DNA of 64,000 nucleotides from Chiloscyllium plagiosum. Lineage: Eukaryota. Positions within the stretch are counted from its first letter, which is position 1, and each line of letters begins with the position of its first letter. Below the pieces are notes generated by a model that was not told where the DNA came from, did no database searches, and saw only the letters and a program-made list of their open reading frames with translations. Location of the stretch: positions 22,990,567-23,054,566 of the forward strand of contig NC_057720.1 in NCBI RefSeq assembly GCF_004010195.1, in the 5' to 3' direction. Made by a program: the position numbers and the translations under genes. Of the stretch, positions 23,732 to 36,839 are shown piece by piece.

Positions 23732-24725
23732 TACAGTCATAGAGATGTACAGCATGGAAACAGACCCTCACTCCAACCCGTCCATGCCAACCAGATATCC
23801 CAACCCAATCTAGTCCCACCTGCCAGCACCCAGCCCATAACCCTCCAATCCCTTCCTATTCATATATCCATCCAGATGTCTTAAATGTTGCAATTGTATC
23901 AGCCTCCAACACATCCTCTGGCAGCTCATTTCATACATGTACCACCCTCTGCGTGAAAAAGTTGCCCCTTAGGTCTTTTTTATATCTTTCCCCTCTCACC
24001 GTAAGCCTATTCCTTCTAGTTCGGGACTCCCTGACCGAGGGAAAAGACTTTGTCCATTTATCCTATCCATGCCCCTCATGATTTTATAAACCTCTAGAAG
24101 GGTTTGGAGGGATATGGGCCGGGTGCTGGCAGGTGGGACTAGATTGGGTTGGGATATCTGGTCGGCATGGACAGGTTGGACTGAAGGGTCTGTTTCCATG
24201 CTGTACACCTCCATGACTCTATGACTCTATAATGTCACTCCTCAGCCTCTGACGCTCCAGGGAAAACCGACCTAGCCTATTCAACCTCTCCCTATAGCTC
24301 AAATCCTCCAACCCTGGCAACATTCTTGTAAATCTTTTCTGAACCCTTTCAAGTTTCACAACATCTTTCCGATAGGAAGGAGACCAGAATTGCATGCAAT
24401 GTTCCAATATTGGCCTAACCAATGTCCTGAACAGTCTTAATATGACCTCCCAACTCCTGTACTCAATACTCAGACCAATAAAGGAAAGTTTACCGAACAC
24501 CTTCTTCACTATCCTAACTACATGCGACTCCACTTTCAAGGAGCTATGAACCTGCACTCCAAGGTCTCTTTGTTCAGCAACACTCCTGAGGACCTTACCA
24601 TTAAGTGTATAAATCCTGCTAAGATTTGATTTCCCAAAATGCAGCACCTGACATTTATCTAAATTAAACTCCTTCTGCCACTTCTCAGCCCATTGGCTCA
24701 TCTGGTCCAGATCCTGTTGTAATGT
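23732..24725 (-). mobile_element. CR1/HER1-type LINE 3' fragment with an inverted copy of its own tail inserted at ~24095-24226
   Basis: ORF 24219-24701 (WQKEFNLDKC..RPILEHCMQFWSP); 24097-24226 (+) is the reverse complement of 23735-23852. Confidence 0.9.
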
Positions 24726-25378
24726 ATGGTTTCATGTAAGGTTTACATGAAACATTTCTTGCTCACAGGTTCTAAGTCACCTATAGCGTAATGGTGTCTG
24801 TTTAATCCATTTGCTCTTCAAAGGCCTTCATATAGCATAAATGTAAACTTCTCATACCCAATCAGGGTGTGGCAGCAGCCATTTTTATCTCCGCTGCACA
24901 CTAGCCATTTGAATCATGACAGAACAAAACATTGGTTTACTTCAGGTGGTGAGTTACATAGTCAGCCTCTCAATCTACATGACCAAATAAAGCTTTATAT
25001 TTCCTTCTTGGGTGCTCTTCCTATCAACCCCAGTAGTTTTGATATTTCCCACAACCTGACTGAGGACTATTCCCTTTTGACTTTGAGACATGTCCATTTG
25101 TTGACACAAATGCAACATGTTTGCTATTTAGGCTACAGACAAGTGAGACTTATGTAGCAGAGAAATGTGCAGTGACATGTCCAACCCATTCACTTATAAC
25201 TGCTGATAACCATGACAAGCTACCTGACGTTGTGACTGCACTAAACACAAGGCTACAGAGCAGTAACCTTTAAGGTCTGGCTAAGGGGGCAGATTTGGTC
25301 ATCTGATTTGTTTGGATAGTCAACATATCCCTTTGGAGAGGTAAGTTACCCCTTTGGATCTACACCTGGGACACCATT

Positions 25379-25780
25379 TGGGTGACATGGTGGCTCAGTG
25401 GTTAGCACTGCTGCCTCACAGCAGCATGGACTCGGGTTCGATTTCAGCCTCTGGCTACCGTCTGTGTGGAGTTCACACATTCTCCTTGTGTCTGCGTGTG
25501 TTTCTTCTGGGTGCTCCAGTTTCCTCCCACAGTCCAGAGATGTGCAAGTTAGGTGAATTGGCCGTGCTAAATTGTCCATGGTGTGTAGGGATATGCAGGC
25601 CAAGTGCATCAGCTATGGGAAATACAGGGTGATAGGATGGGGGGGTGTGGGGGTGGGGGGTGCTGGGGGAAGCAGGGGATGTGGCAGGGCAGGTCCTGGT
25701 GGGCTATTCCCTGGAGGGCCAGTGTGCATCTATTGGGCCAAAAGACCTGTCTCCACACTGTGGGTATTCTATGGTATTCT
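25379..25780 (+). mobile_element. V-SINE (HE1-like) with an expanded G-rich middle
   Basis: gtggctcagtggttagcactgctgcctcacagc head, gggttcgatt B-box, V-domain, gggccaaaagacctgtctccac tail. Confidence 0.85.
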
Positions 25781-26299
25781 AAAGTCAATGCAGCCTTTAG
25801 TACAGGTAAGATGCCCTTCAGGATGATTAAATGTAAACATATGTGCATAAACCCATTAACAGGTAAGTCATTCAGGTAGTCAGAAAATCTGTCAAAATTA
25901 AATGTAAAATGATCAGTAGTGCCAGTCAAAGGGACTGCAAAGGATGCCAAAATAGACTTCTGGAATTCAAATGTATTACTCATTAAATTTTGAAATAAAA
26001 TGTTTGGAGTGATTTAAAAAAACAGATTACTTGGGACTTCACCGGTATGACGCTTTCCATTTCAAATTGACAGATACAAGTGATTTTGGGGACTTTGATG
26101 TGATACTGTGAATTCTGATGCTTGTTCTGCTTGAATTAAATGTTTGTTGCTTTATGGCATTTGATGGAATTCAAATTGTATAAATGGGCTTTTCTGAATG
26201 ATCATGTCTTCTCAATATATAGTAAAGGATTGCCTAAATGCAGAACTGAAACATAAATCAAGAAAAATGGACCTGGGTAAGAAGGGCACGAAAACTGTC

Positions 26300-27500
26300 C
26301 TGAGTGCACATTGATTTGACAAATCAGGCAGTATATTGCACAACATATCTGGAACAGGCTACTTTAAAACTAGTGATATGTAATAAGGGAGTATTAAGAA
26401 GTCATCTTATAACTCAGGATTTTGGGGGCGAGTGATCATGATGCGGTAAATTTTAAAATTTAGCTCGAGGGAGAGCAACTTGGTTTTCAAACCAGTGTCC
26501 TCAATATATCATTAAATAAGGGAAATTGCAAAAAATAGATAGGTAAAGCAGGCTGGGAAAATAGACTAAAGGGCAGGTTAGTTGATGAGCAGTGACAGAA
26601 ATTTAAGCAGTTAATTCATAATTCTCAGCAAACATTTATTTCAGTCAAAAAGAATTTGATGAGAAAGATGAGCCACCAGTGGTTAACAAAGATGGACAAG
26701 GAAAATATCAAATCAAAAATGAAGGCATACTAGTGGCAGGCCAAAAGATTGGGAATCAACAATGGATGACTAAAAAGCTAATGAAGAGGGAAAAATGGAT
26801 TCTGATAGTAATTGGGCAAGACCCTACTCCTATTTTTTGATGTTGCTATCCCAAATTTGTGGCTCATCCTCTCTGCCTCTATTCCCAGCCTAATCCCCAG
26901 GTAGGAATTAAATTCCAACCATAGAATGCAAATGCTAAAAAGCAATAATAGTTTGACGCAAGTCATTGGTTAGTCCACTTATAGATTGTGTGCAGTTTAG
27001 TGCCATATTGCAGGAAGAATGTTAAAACCGGTGAATCTACAACATAGATTCAAAGTATAGTATTGAGCATGAGGATCTATAGTTATCTGCAAAGACTTGA
27101 AATGCCTAACAACTTCCCATGAAGCAAAGAAGGCTAAGGGGGGATCTAATAATTAATAATAATGATAAATCACAAAAGGTTTTAGTTATTGCCTTTAACA
27201 GGAAACCTGTGTTGAATGGTTTGTTATATTAAAATTATCACGAAGAGTGAAAAGAGCAGTTGACTAAAATTTCTTCAAACAACATGTTGATTGACTGTGG
27301 AGTGCGTTGTCATGGAGAGTAATTGAGGAATTTTCATTGTGTTGGATAAACAATTGAAGCTCAGGAAATTACAGGGTTGTGAGAGGGTGGGGAGAGCAGG
27401 GAAGTGGGATTTATTTTTGGATTGTTGCTGCATAGATCCAGCACAGATGCAGTGGACCACATGGCCTCTGTCTGCTCTAACTACTGTATATAGTTCAATG
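26300..27500 (+). mobile_element. Highly decayed CR1 ORF2 fragments
   Basis: Remnants of the APE end (agtgatcatgat), ggttagtccactt..tgtgtgcagtt and a 3'UTR gaagtgggatt. Confidence 0.5.
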
Positions 27501-27842
27501 ACCATTGCATGTTGCTTGTGGCCGAATAGATTTCAAACAAGCATAGTATAATTTACAATCAAAGGATTCTGTATTTCAAATGAAGAAATTATAAGTGTTA
27601 ATCCCACTGAACAACACAGAAGCTGTTTGTTTGACTCATCAATGAGAAACTAATTCCATGATAGTGCAAATGATTCCTTTGGAAGCTTGGATGAAGGTAA
27701 CTGTATACTCTTTGGATGAAAAGTGGGTTCTGACAAAACTCAAAATGAAATGTTAGCCCCATACATTCCTTTCTTCAAAAACGCTGGCTGCCCTACTGAG
27801 TTTTCCTAGCATTTTGGATTTAGTATCAGATTTCCAGCATGG

Positions 27843-28500
27843 AGTCATAGAGTCATTGAGATGTACAGCATGGAAACAGACCCTTCGATCCAACCCGTCC
27901 ATGCCGACCAGATATCCCAACCCAATCTAGTCCCACCTGCCAGCACCCAGCCCATATCCCTCCAAACCTTTCTTACTCATATGCCCATCCAAAAGACTCT
28001 TAAATGTCACAATTGTACCAGCCTCCACCATTTCCTCTGGCTGCTCATTCCGTACACGTACTGTGTGAAAAGGTTGCCCCTTAGGTCTCTTTTATATCTT
28101 TACCCCTCACCCTAAACGTTTGCCCTCTAGTTCTGGACTCCCTGACCCCAGGGAAAAGACTTTGTCTATTTACCCTATCCATGCCCCTCATAATTTTGTA
28201 AACCTCTAGAAGGTCACCCCTCAGCCTCCGATGCTCCAGGCAAAACAGCCCCAGCCTGTTCAGCCTCTCCCTATAGTTCAAATCCTCCAACCCTGGCAAT
28301 ATCCTTGTAAATCTTTTCTGAACCCTTTCAATATTCCACAATGGACTAACCAATGTCCTGTACAGCCTCGACATGACTTCCCAACTCCAGTACTCAATAC
28401 TCTGACCAATAAAAGAAAGCATTCCAAGTGCCTTCTTCACTATCCTATCTACCTTTGACTCCACCTTCAAGGAGCTATGAACAGCACGCCAAGGTCTCTT
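27843..28500 (-). mobile_element. CR1/HER1-type LINE 3' fragment
   Basis: ORF 28081-28470 (RVQKRFTRILPGLEDLNYRERLNRLGLF); gagtcatagagtcat tail. Confidence 0.92.
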
Positions 28501-28814
28501 ATATCTCTTATGCTCACATTAAATTGAGTACACATTTAAATAGCAGCTGTTTGTTTAACAGTTATTTAAATTATCTTACTCCCTGTCAACCATAGAATGC
28601 ATCAATTCACCTTCCTGCTTTAACACTGTTGAATTTGACTGGAGATTTCAGAAAAGAAGATTGTTATTTCTAATTATTTCTGATATTTAAGCTTTCTTAG
28701 GATTAAGTCATCATCAGTGTGTCTTTGCTAATGTTCATTTATTCCTTTACTGTTGAAGATATGTGCTGAGGAGTTTAAAGTTTATGGCACAAAGTACTGA
28801 CTAACTATGGTGGT

Positions 28815-29130
28815 GGGCGGCACGGTGGCACAGTGGTTAGCACTGCTGCCTCACAGTGCCTGTAGACCCGGGTTCAATTCCCGCCTCAGGCGACTGACTG
28901 TGTGGAGTTTGCACGTTCTCCCCGTGTCTGCGTGGGTTTCCTCCGGGTGCTCTGGTTTCCTCCCACAGTCCAAAAGATGTGCAGGGTCAGGTGAATTGGC
29001 CATGCTAAATTGCCCATAGTGTTAGGTAAGGGGTAAATGGAGGGATATGGGTGGGTTTCGCTTCGGCGGGTCGGTGTGGACTTGTTGGGCCGAAGGGCCT
29101 GTTTCTACACTGTAATGTAATCTAATCTAT
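28815..29130 (+). mobile_element. Full-length young V-SINE (HE1-like)
   Basis: A-box tggcacagtgg, B-box ggttcaattcc, CpG-rich V-domain, CR1-derived tail gggccgaagggcctgtttc and (taatc) repeats. Confidence 0.92.
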
Positions 29131-29242
29131 TCTGTTGGTGCCTGCGGTCAATCATACATATGCGGAGACAAGTGTTTAGATAGGTGAGAAAAGTTACCTG
29201 CTCTATCCCTGGGCTTGGTCCAAATTTATTTAGGGCCCAGGG

Positions 29243-29413
29243 TCGGGTGTGTGCTGCTGGAAAAGCACAGCAGGTCAGGCAGCATCAAAGGAGCAGGTGA
29301 ATTGATGTTTTCATGCCCTTCATCATGCCGTGATGTGCTGCTGTGATGCCCTGCTGTGCCTTTCCAGCAATACACTCTCGGTGATCTTCAGCATCTGCAG
29401 TCCTCCCTTTCTC
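29243..29413. mobile_element. Fold-back PLE pLTR mini-element, decayed
   Basis: gctggaaaagcacagcagg...cctgctgtgcctttccagc inverted arms; cccttcatca hammerhead remnant. Confidence 0.7.
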
Positions 29414-29529
29414 TTAATTAAGGTCCAGGCATTTGCCAGCATTGATGGGATCTGGGGAGCCACATAGTGATCATCTATATGGGTCTTCTGAGATGACGAA
29501 TCTCCAGAAAACCTGATGTCGACCTGGTC

Positions 29530-29620
29530 CGCAACCACCTGTTGAAGGAGCAGTGCGCCGAAAGCTAGTGCTTCCAAATAAACCTGTTGGACTATAATCT
29601 GGTGTTGTGTGATTTTTAAC
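29530..29620 (+). mobile_element. Second-family PLE pLTR with hammerhead motif (29536-29570)
   Basis: CAC-CTGTTGA-a-ggagc-agt-gcgcc-GAAAG-CTA-GTG, then the same arm sequence as 8007-8053. Confidence 0.7.
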
Positions 29621-30484
29621 GGTGTTAAAAAGAACTGTAACAATTCTTTATCTTCGATTACTAATTTAATGGTGATGGCTCATTAAACTGAGGAAATAAT
29701 TTTCTTAGTTTTACTGCAGTCCTTTTGTTTTATTTTACAGTTTCATGCTCATTAAACAGACACACAATTGAGCTTAATGCTGTAGATTAATTTAAAATCA
29801 TTGTGCTTTGCCAAATAAAACTGCAAGTTATAATGATGCCATTCAGAGAAACACAAACAACGTTTATTCATGTCGCAATTTTGATGTGATAGTTTGTCTC
29901 AGGAATCATTATAAAATAATGACACCTAGGCATAGCAGGAGATATCAGTTCAGATGTCCGAATTCTCAGTCAAAGTGGTAGATTTTAATGGGTATTTTAA
30001 AAGAAGAAAAGTGAGATAAAGAGGCCAGAAGGTGGAATGAAGTGATCCTAAGCTTTTGGCCTAAACAACAGAAGGTATAGCCACCAATGATTGAAAACTC
30101 TGGGCCCAAAATTGGACATTTTAAATTCCCACAGTCAAAGGGACTAGGCCTGTCAGAAAATTAGCCAAACTAAATTAAGCAGCAGTCTGCAGCTATTGAC
30201 TATGGAGAACAGTGGAAACCAATGACAAAGGTTCAATAGGAACCAGTTACAACCAGCCAAAGGATTGTATATTGGAGAAGCATTGATCAGACCTTCTGGC
30301 ACATTGACTTCCAGCCAGTGCTGAAGGCCATATACTTTACACCTCCCCAGCAATGGCAACAGTGAAGGGAGTTGGTGCAACCCTATTGGATGCTTTGAAA
30401 CCTACTCATGATCCCATTAGCCAAAAGCCACAAAATATTCAGGAAGGTCTGGGGGGGAGGGGACTAAAACGCATACCTAGAAGC

Positions 30485-31432
30485 CATCTATATAAATGAT
30501 TTTGATGGGAATATGGGAGGCCTGATTAGCAGTTTTGCAGATAACACCAAAATTGGTGGTATAGTGGATAGTGAAGAAAGTTATCTAAGATTACAAAGAG
30601 ATATTGATCAATTGGGACAATGGACTGAGGAGTGGAAGATGAAGTTTAATTTGGATAAATAGGGGAATTGCATTTTGGTAAAACAAGTAAGGACAGAATT
30701 TACACAATTAATGGTCGGGCTAGTGTTGTGGTACAGAGACACCGAGGGTTTCAGGCACATTATTCTTTGAAATTTGTGTCACAGAAAAACAGGATGGTTC
30801 AGAAGGCATTTATCTACATTGCTCAGATCTTTGAGTATAGGAGTCAAGGTGCCTTTTTGAGGTTGTACAGGAGTTGGTGAGGCCTCTTCTGGAGTACTGT
30901 GTGCAGTTCTGGTCATCCTTCCTAATAATAGGAAGGATATTATTAATTTGGAGTGGGTTCAGAAAAGATTGACCAGAATGTTAATGGGAACGGAGAGTTT
31001 GAAGTCTAAAAATAGACTGGATTGGCTTGGACATTTGTAACTGGAGCATAATGTTGAAGGGTGACCTTTTAGAGGGTTATAAAATCATAGGGGGCTTGGA
31101 TAAGGTGAATGACAAAGGTGTTTTTTCCCAGGGTGAGTGAGTTCAAAACTAGGGGGCATACTTTTAAGGTGAGAGGAGAAAGTTTTAAAAAAAACACGAG
31201 GGGCAATGTTTCTACAGAGAGATGGTTAGTGCCAGAACTGCCAGAGGAAGTGATGGATGTAGGTACAGTTCCAACATTTAAAATAAATTTAGATAAGTAC
31301 ATGAATAGGAGAGGTTTGGAGGGATATGGGTCATACGCAGGCAGGTGGGCCTAGTTTAGTTTGGGAATATGATCAGCATGGATAGTTGGACCGAAGAGTT
31401 TGTTTGCATGCTGAACAGCTCTATGACTCTAT
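30485..31432 (+). mobile_element. 5'-truncated CR1 LINE
   Basis: FADNTKIGG, EYCVQFWS, FKTRGHTFKVRG; ctctatgactctat tail. Confidence 0.88.
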
Positions 31433-32282
31433 GCTCAGTGAAGACTTACAGCAAGACTCATGGCAAAAGACCTTGCAATAACCCAAGAAGACCCAGAAGA
31501 AGATCTGCCCTGACCTGCAAGACCCACCTTCATGAAAGAGAGCCAGCCCAACGTCAGACAGAAAAGAGTTTTCAATAGCCCAGATCAACTATGGAGATCG
31601 TTGTGGCTAATATCCTTTCTCAGGTGGTTTGAGTTAGATGGAGAGGAAATATTGTGGGAATTTGGAAAATGCTCACATGGTGCTTTTCATAAGAATATTT
31701 TGTTAATAAAATTGAGTTGAACCACAAATTGAATTCATTGTCCCTTTGACTGCCTCACCAAAAAGACTGCTTGGGCCAAGTGTTTTAATACATAAATTGG
31801 TTGAAGTGTCCAAACCATGAACAACAATGCACAAGAGGCCAGAGGTAGAGGATCACAGAGACCTCAAAAGATTGTAGGGCTGGAGGAGATGTTGGAAAGA
31901 TGTTTTGGAGGGATTTGAAAACACAATCAATCACTTCAAATTGCATTTCTTTTCACTTAGTTATTTTCCTCAAATTGTAAGTAGATTGTAAAATGTATTG
32001 CAGTACAGCATAAAAGGGAATGTTAAAGAGCAGGACAGCTGTTGAAACCAATAACGTTTTTTCTTAACACTTGTTGGGTACACAAATGTTACAATAAGAC
32101 TTCTTCCTTAAATCTTAATTATCATTAAAAAGCACAGTGATAGACATGTGTGAAGCAATTAAAGGAGGCAATCAAAATGGACTTCTCTTGCTTCACAGCC
32201 CCAGAAATTGCTTATTGAAGTGTGGGAGAGGGGAAGACTGTAATGACTTTTTGTAGATCAGTTGCAAAATTCCTCAAAACCA

Positions 32283-32415
32283 TCTGGAATGTCAAGGGAC
32301 CCAAACCATTAACTCTGCTTTCTCTGCACAAATGTTGCCAGACCTGCTGAGCTTTTCCAGCAATTTCTGATTTAGTTTGTGATTTCCACCATCTGCAGTC
32401 CTTTGTTTTTTGTTC
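32283..32415 (+). mobile_element. PLE pLTR remnant (third family)
   Basis: ttaactctgctttctctgcacaaatgttgccagacctgctgagc...catctgcagtcctttgtt, matching 33062-33250. Confidence 0.6.
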
Positions 32416-32719
32416 AGACAAGACTAGTCCTGAGGAAAGAGAATTGGTATCCTCTCTCTGCACCCTTGACCAGGACCTGGGCAATTCTGCCAACATGACA
32501 ACAGTGAAGGGGCCTTCCCTATGGGTGTGATTTAAAGATGGTAGTGAGATCGGGGATCACAGAAGGTCCCATTGGGAATTGCGCAACAGCATGAGGCACT
32601 GACATAGACCTGGTGCATATATCATGAGCTAAGCAGGTAAAATTGCAAGAGAAAACCGAGTAGGGGTCACAGTGAGAAATCCTCCCAATACAGATACTGA
32701 GCTGATCTTTATTACAATT

Positions 32720-32906
32720 GATTCATTCAAGGGATATGGGCATTCCTGGCAAGGGTTGCATTTAATGCCTATCCCTAATTGCCCTTGTGAAGTTGATAAT
32801 CCACCTTCTTGAACCACCACCATCCATATGGTTCAGACAGTCCAACTGTGCCATTAGTTAGGGAGTTCCAGGATTATGACCCAGCCACATTAGAGGAACA
32901 GTCTGT
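32720..32906 (-). mobile_element. LINE 3' end of the family seen at 13340-14200
   Basis: gcatttaatgcctatccctaattgcccttg...ccttcttgaaccacc is the reverse complement of that tail. Confidence 0.6.
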
Positions 32907-33457
32907 ATTCCCTGTGTGCAGGAGTCCAAAACTAGAGGGCATAGGTTTAAGTGAGTGGGAAAGATTTAAAAAGGATCTAAGAGGCATTTTTTTTATGCAG
33001 AGAGTGGTGTGCGTAGGGAATCGGCTGCCAGAGGAAGTGATGGAGGTTGATACAGTAGCAAAATAAAAATCAAAAGAACTGCAGATGCCTTAAATCCAAA
33101 ACAAAAACAGAAATTGCTGGAAAAGTTCAGCAGGTCTGGCAGCATGTATGCAGAGAAATCAAAGTTAACATTTCAGATTCAGTGACCATTCATCAGAACT
33201 TCTGCTTTCTCTGCACAGATGCTACCAGACCTGCTGAGCTTTTCAACAACTGAAACAAATAATATAACTGGAACAACTAGGTTTGGTACAACTACAACAT
33301 TTAAAAGGCATCTGGATGGGTATATGAATAGAAAGGATTTAGAACGATATGGGTCAAATGTTGACAAATGGGACTAGATTTATTTAAGATATTTGGTCAG
33401 CATGGACGAGTTGGACCGAAGGATCTGTTTCCGTGCTGTACATCTCTATGACTCTAT
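32907..33457 (+). mobile_element. CR1/HER1-type 3' fragment with a nested fold-back PLE mini-element (33062-33255)
   Basis: FMQRVVCVGNRLPEE; insert has inverted arms ctggaaaagttcagcaggtctggcagcat / atgctaccagacctgctgagcttttc and a degenerate hammerhead at 33163-33199 (-). Confidence 0.8.
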
Positions 33458-35089
33458 TTGTAAGATATCTATTACATCACAGTCTAAATGAATGGTGAAG
33501 CAGGCTTGAGAGGCTAAATCCCAGAGACCTGTTTCTATGTTCTGAAATATACGTTTATTGTTTACTGCTTATTAAGGGCTGTTGGATTTTGGATTTCCCA
33601 CTAACAATCACAGGGTAAAATGCACAGGGAGCATGTCCAATTTATTTAAATTAACTTTGCAAATGAATAAGAGGTTAGCACTATATGCTATTCATGATTT
33701 GCTGTAGTTTGAATAATATTGCGGTGGAAGCACACATTCTCTTACAAAAAGAAAAGGTAAATAATTAGAACTTAAAGAAAATAACTGCATGGGAATTAAA
33801 ATGAGGGCTAAATCCTCTTCTTTATCATTTTCTTTGCTTTGATTTGGAATAAAAGCTTTGCTCTGTGATAACATTTCTACTACGATCATGGATAGTGAGA
33901 AAAGTGCAACCTAAAAGTCATGTGTCGCTCATCATATTTGCCCCTTGCCCTTTTTTAAAAGCTGCATATAATTATGTTCAATGAAATCCATATTTAGTGG
34001 TCAATTTGGCAAATATCCAAATGAGCACTCCAGCTAAGATTTTGTTCAGATAGGTCCCCATTGTCCCCTGGCATTGATCCTGTTATAAGGCTTATATTGT
34101 ATTCCTATACAAATATAACGAACTTACAGTAGCAGATGTTAATGCTGAGGGTGGGTGCCAAGCAGGACACCTATTGCAGTCAAATATATCCTCTCTGGAG
34201 GAAAGGATGTCTTTGGGAAAGAAGGCCTTATGAGGAGAAAGACCAGGCAGAAAAAACAGATCTCATTAACCAGACATAAATAGACTCAATTCCATGTAAA
34301 TGCTGTGTCTTTCATGTTTAACCTTAATGTTTGTAATAACCTGATGCCAGGGGAATAAATAATCCCTGCTTCAGGATCTTTGGGTTGTTCATGTGTTCAA
34401 ATTTCATGTTATACAAGAAAAAAACACTCTGGAAGCACTAGTAGAATTCAAAAACATTGCAACTTCCTTTTAGAACTACATTTCTTAACTTACACGGTGA
34501 CCTTGTGCAAAAAAACGTATCCCTTCCAAGCAACAAAAAAAGGTTAAAAAAACTGTGATCCAATACAAAATCAGCTATGTATTTATGAGAAATTTAAGAA
34601 AATTGTGTGAAGTTTTAAACTTCTTTACTCAGATCATATTATATAAAATATCGTGGCTTATTGGCTTGAAGCTAATGTACCACCCCTTTTAAACTGAGTG
34701 TGGAGACAGTTAAAATCAACTCACTTGTATTTCTGACTTGAATTTCTATACCCTTAATTTTTAATTAAGCCGTTTTGTATGTAAAATAGGGAAAATAGAT
34801 CGAACTACCTTTGCCTAGCTCACCACAAGATTTGCAATACACCAAGGCTACTGTTATTTAATGAAATTCCATAATTTCGTAAACATCATGCCAAAAAAAA
34901 TTATCTTTCAAAGTGAGGAACAAAGTTCAAGAAACTGGAAAATGCTGAATGTTCAACGTAATTGATGTGCTTTCATCAGCTATATGCAGCCTTGTGATTT
35001 TTAAATCTATTTCAGATAGACTGTATAGTTGTTTTTGGCAATATTTGTCCTATACCATAATATGCCAGTGAAATTTTAATTTTCTATGG

Positions 35090-35212
35090 CAAAACAAATA
35101 ACTATGGATGCTGGAGATCTGAAACTGAAGATGAAATTGCTGGTGAAACTCAGCAGGTCTGGAAGAAAGCAAAGTTAACATTTTGAGTCAGTGACTCTTC
35201 ATCAGAGTTTCA
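35090..35212 (-). mobile_element. Solo PLE pLTR with a CpG-damaged hammerhead
   Basis: Minus strand: ctgatga-a-gagtc-act-gactc-aaaatgttaac. Confidence 0.65.
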
Positions 35213-36839
35213 GAATTTTAATTTTGTTAGAAAATTAAGAATATTATTGGCATTATTTTGCTTGTGGTTCTGATAACCTGTAAATAGCTGCAGTTGGGAA
35301 TTCTATTATGTTGCATTCCACTGCCCAAAGTTGTTCGACTCTAGTCTCTCTTTGCACATTAAGTTACTTAGGCATATTGAATCACCCTCATATATTAAAT
35401 TATCTTGGCATAGACAAAGTTCAGATTGAAAAGCTTATCTACATAAAGCTGGGAGAGTATTCTATTCCAATTCTGGATGCAATGATTCATAAAATATTTT
35501 TATTATCTAAATTCCAAGTTACGTAAATCTTCCTGACAGTTATATAGAGAATTTGGTGTCTTTCAAAGTTAACCTTCATTGAAATAAAAAATGACATGAG
35601 CTAAACAGGTTTATCAAGCCCCCCCTCCCTCCCCCACCTTTAATTATAGCTTTTATTTTATAAAATATACATCAATTGACGCTGGTGTCTTATAGTCCAC
35701 TTGTTGTGAATAACTATTACATGCATATTTTAGACTGGGGCTATTAATAGTGATAATCAAAACCCCAATGCTTTTTTCCCCATTGCTTGGTTGAACAGGA
35801 ATTTCTCCTGCTCTTGCAGCTCAATATTAGCTGGGTGTTTGGAAGGTTTGCAGTTATATTAACCTGTTTGACTATGTTATGAATACACCCTCCTTCGTCA
35901 TAAAAGTACTCAAATTCAGATTTTTTGGCTTAGAGGTGGAGATGTTTATTTGCTTTAACCTTTAATTGATACTACACCAGTGTTAATGAAATATTTAACC
36001 AAGCAAATTGACAACATTTATTACATTTTTTTAATCTTCGAATGTTATTTCTCTTGATTCATGCAAAATTTATTAGGTTTTTACTCATTGAGAAAATTCC
36101 TTACTTTTCTCATGCTAAAATTACAATTGGGACCTATTACTGCTGTAACATGGCATATTGAAATTCAATACTTTTGAGTTACAGTGGAAATTGACCCACT
36201 TTTTCTAATTAGATAGAATGAAATTGACTTGATATAATTGTAAATGATGATTTGCTTCTAAAAGGAAATGTAAGCAGCTTTGTGCATGCACAAAAGGTGT
36301 TAGGAATCAGGCCAGCAACAGTTCTCTTGTAGCAGATTTGGACAAATGATGCAATGCGCCCTTTAATATTTAATTTTTTTTGACAGTACAATGCTTTAAC
36401 CTCTCTTATGTTTGCACTGCAAGCAGATAGATAATTTCTATTCCAAAAAAAATTAAAGCAATCTCATTGTATCGTCAACTGATTTAGCATTCTGTAACTT
36501 AGAAGACTGAATTGCATTTATCTTTCTCTTTGTCTAGCTTGCTCCTTTTTGTCGCCAATAGCCTAATAGCTCTGATTACTTTCTGCATTCAATTTGGAAG
36601 GGTTATTATTGTAACATGACACTTGAAAGCTGCCCAGCACCAATAAAAAGGGTGAGCCATTATCCTCTGGCTCAAGTAATGCATTAAAATGTATATGTCA
36701 GCTGATGGAAAGCATTCTGCAGCCAATATCAACCACTCTCGAAGTTGAATGTAGGACACAGGTACCAAAATACTGGCACAGTTAACTCTGTGAGGGCAAG
36801 GATAGAATGAAGTTCTTAGCAATGTATTAAAGATATTTA

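Noticed and set aside
28815..28890. tRNA gene
   Set aside because: The A/B boxes run straight into a V-domain and LINE tail, so it is a SINE head; the same applies at 14535, 25379, 44650 and 55886.
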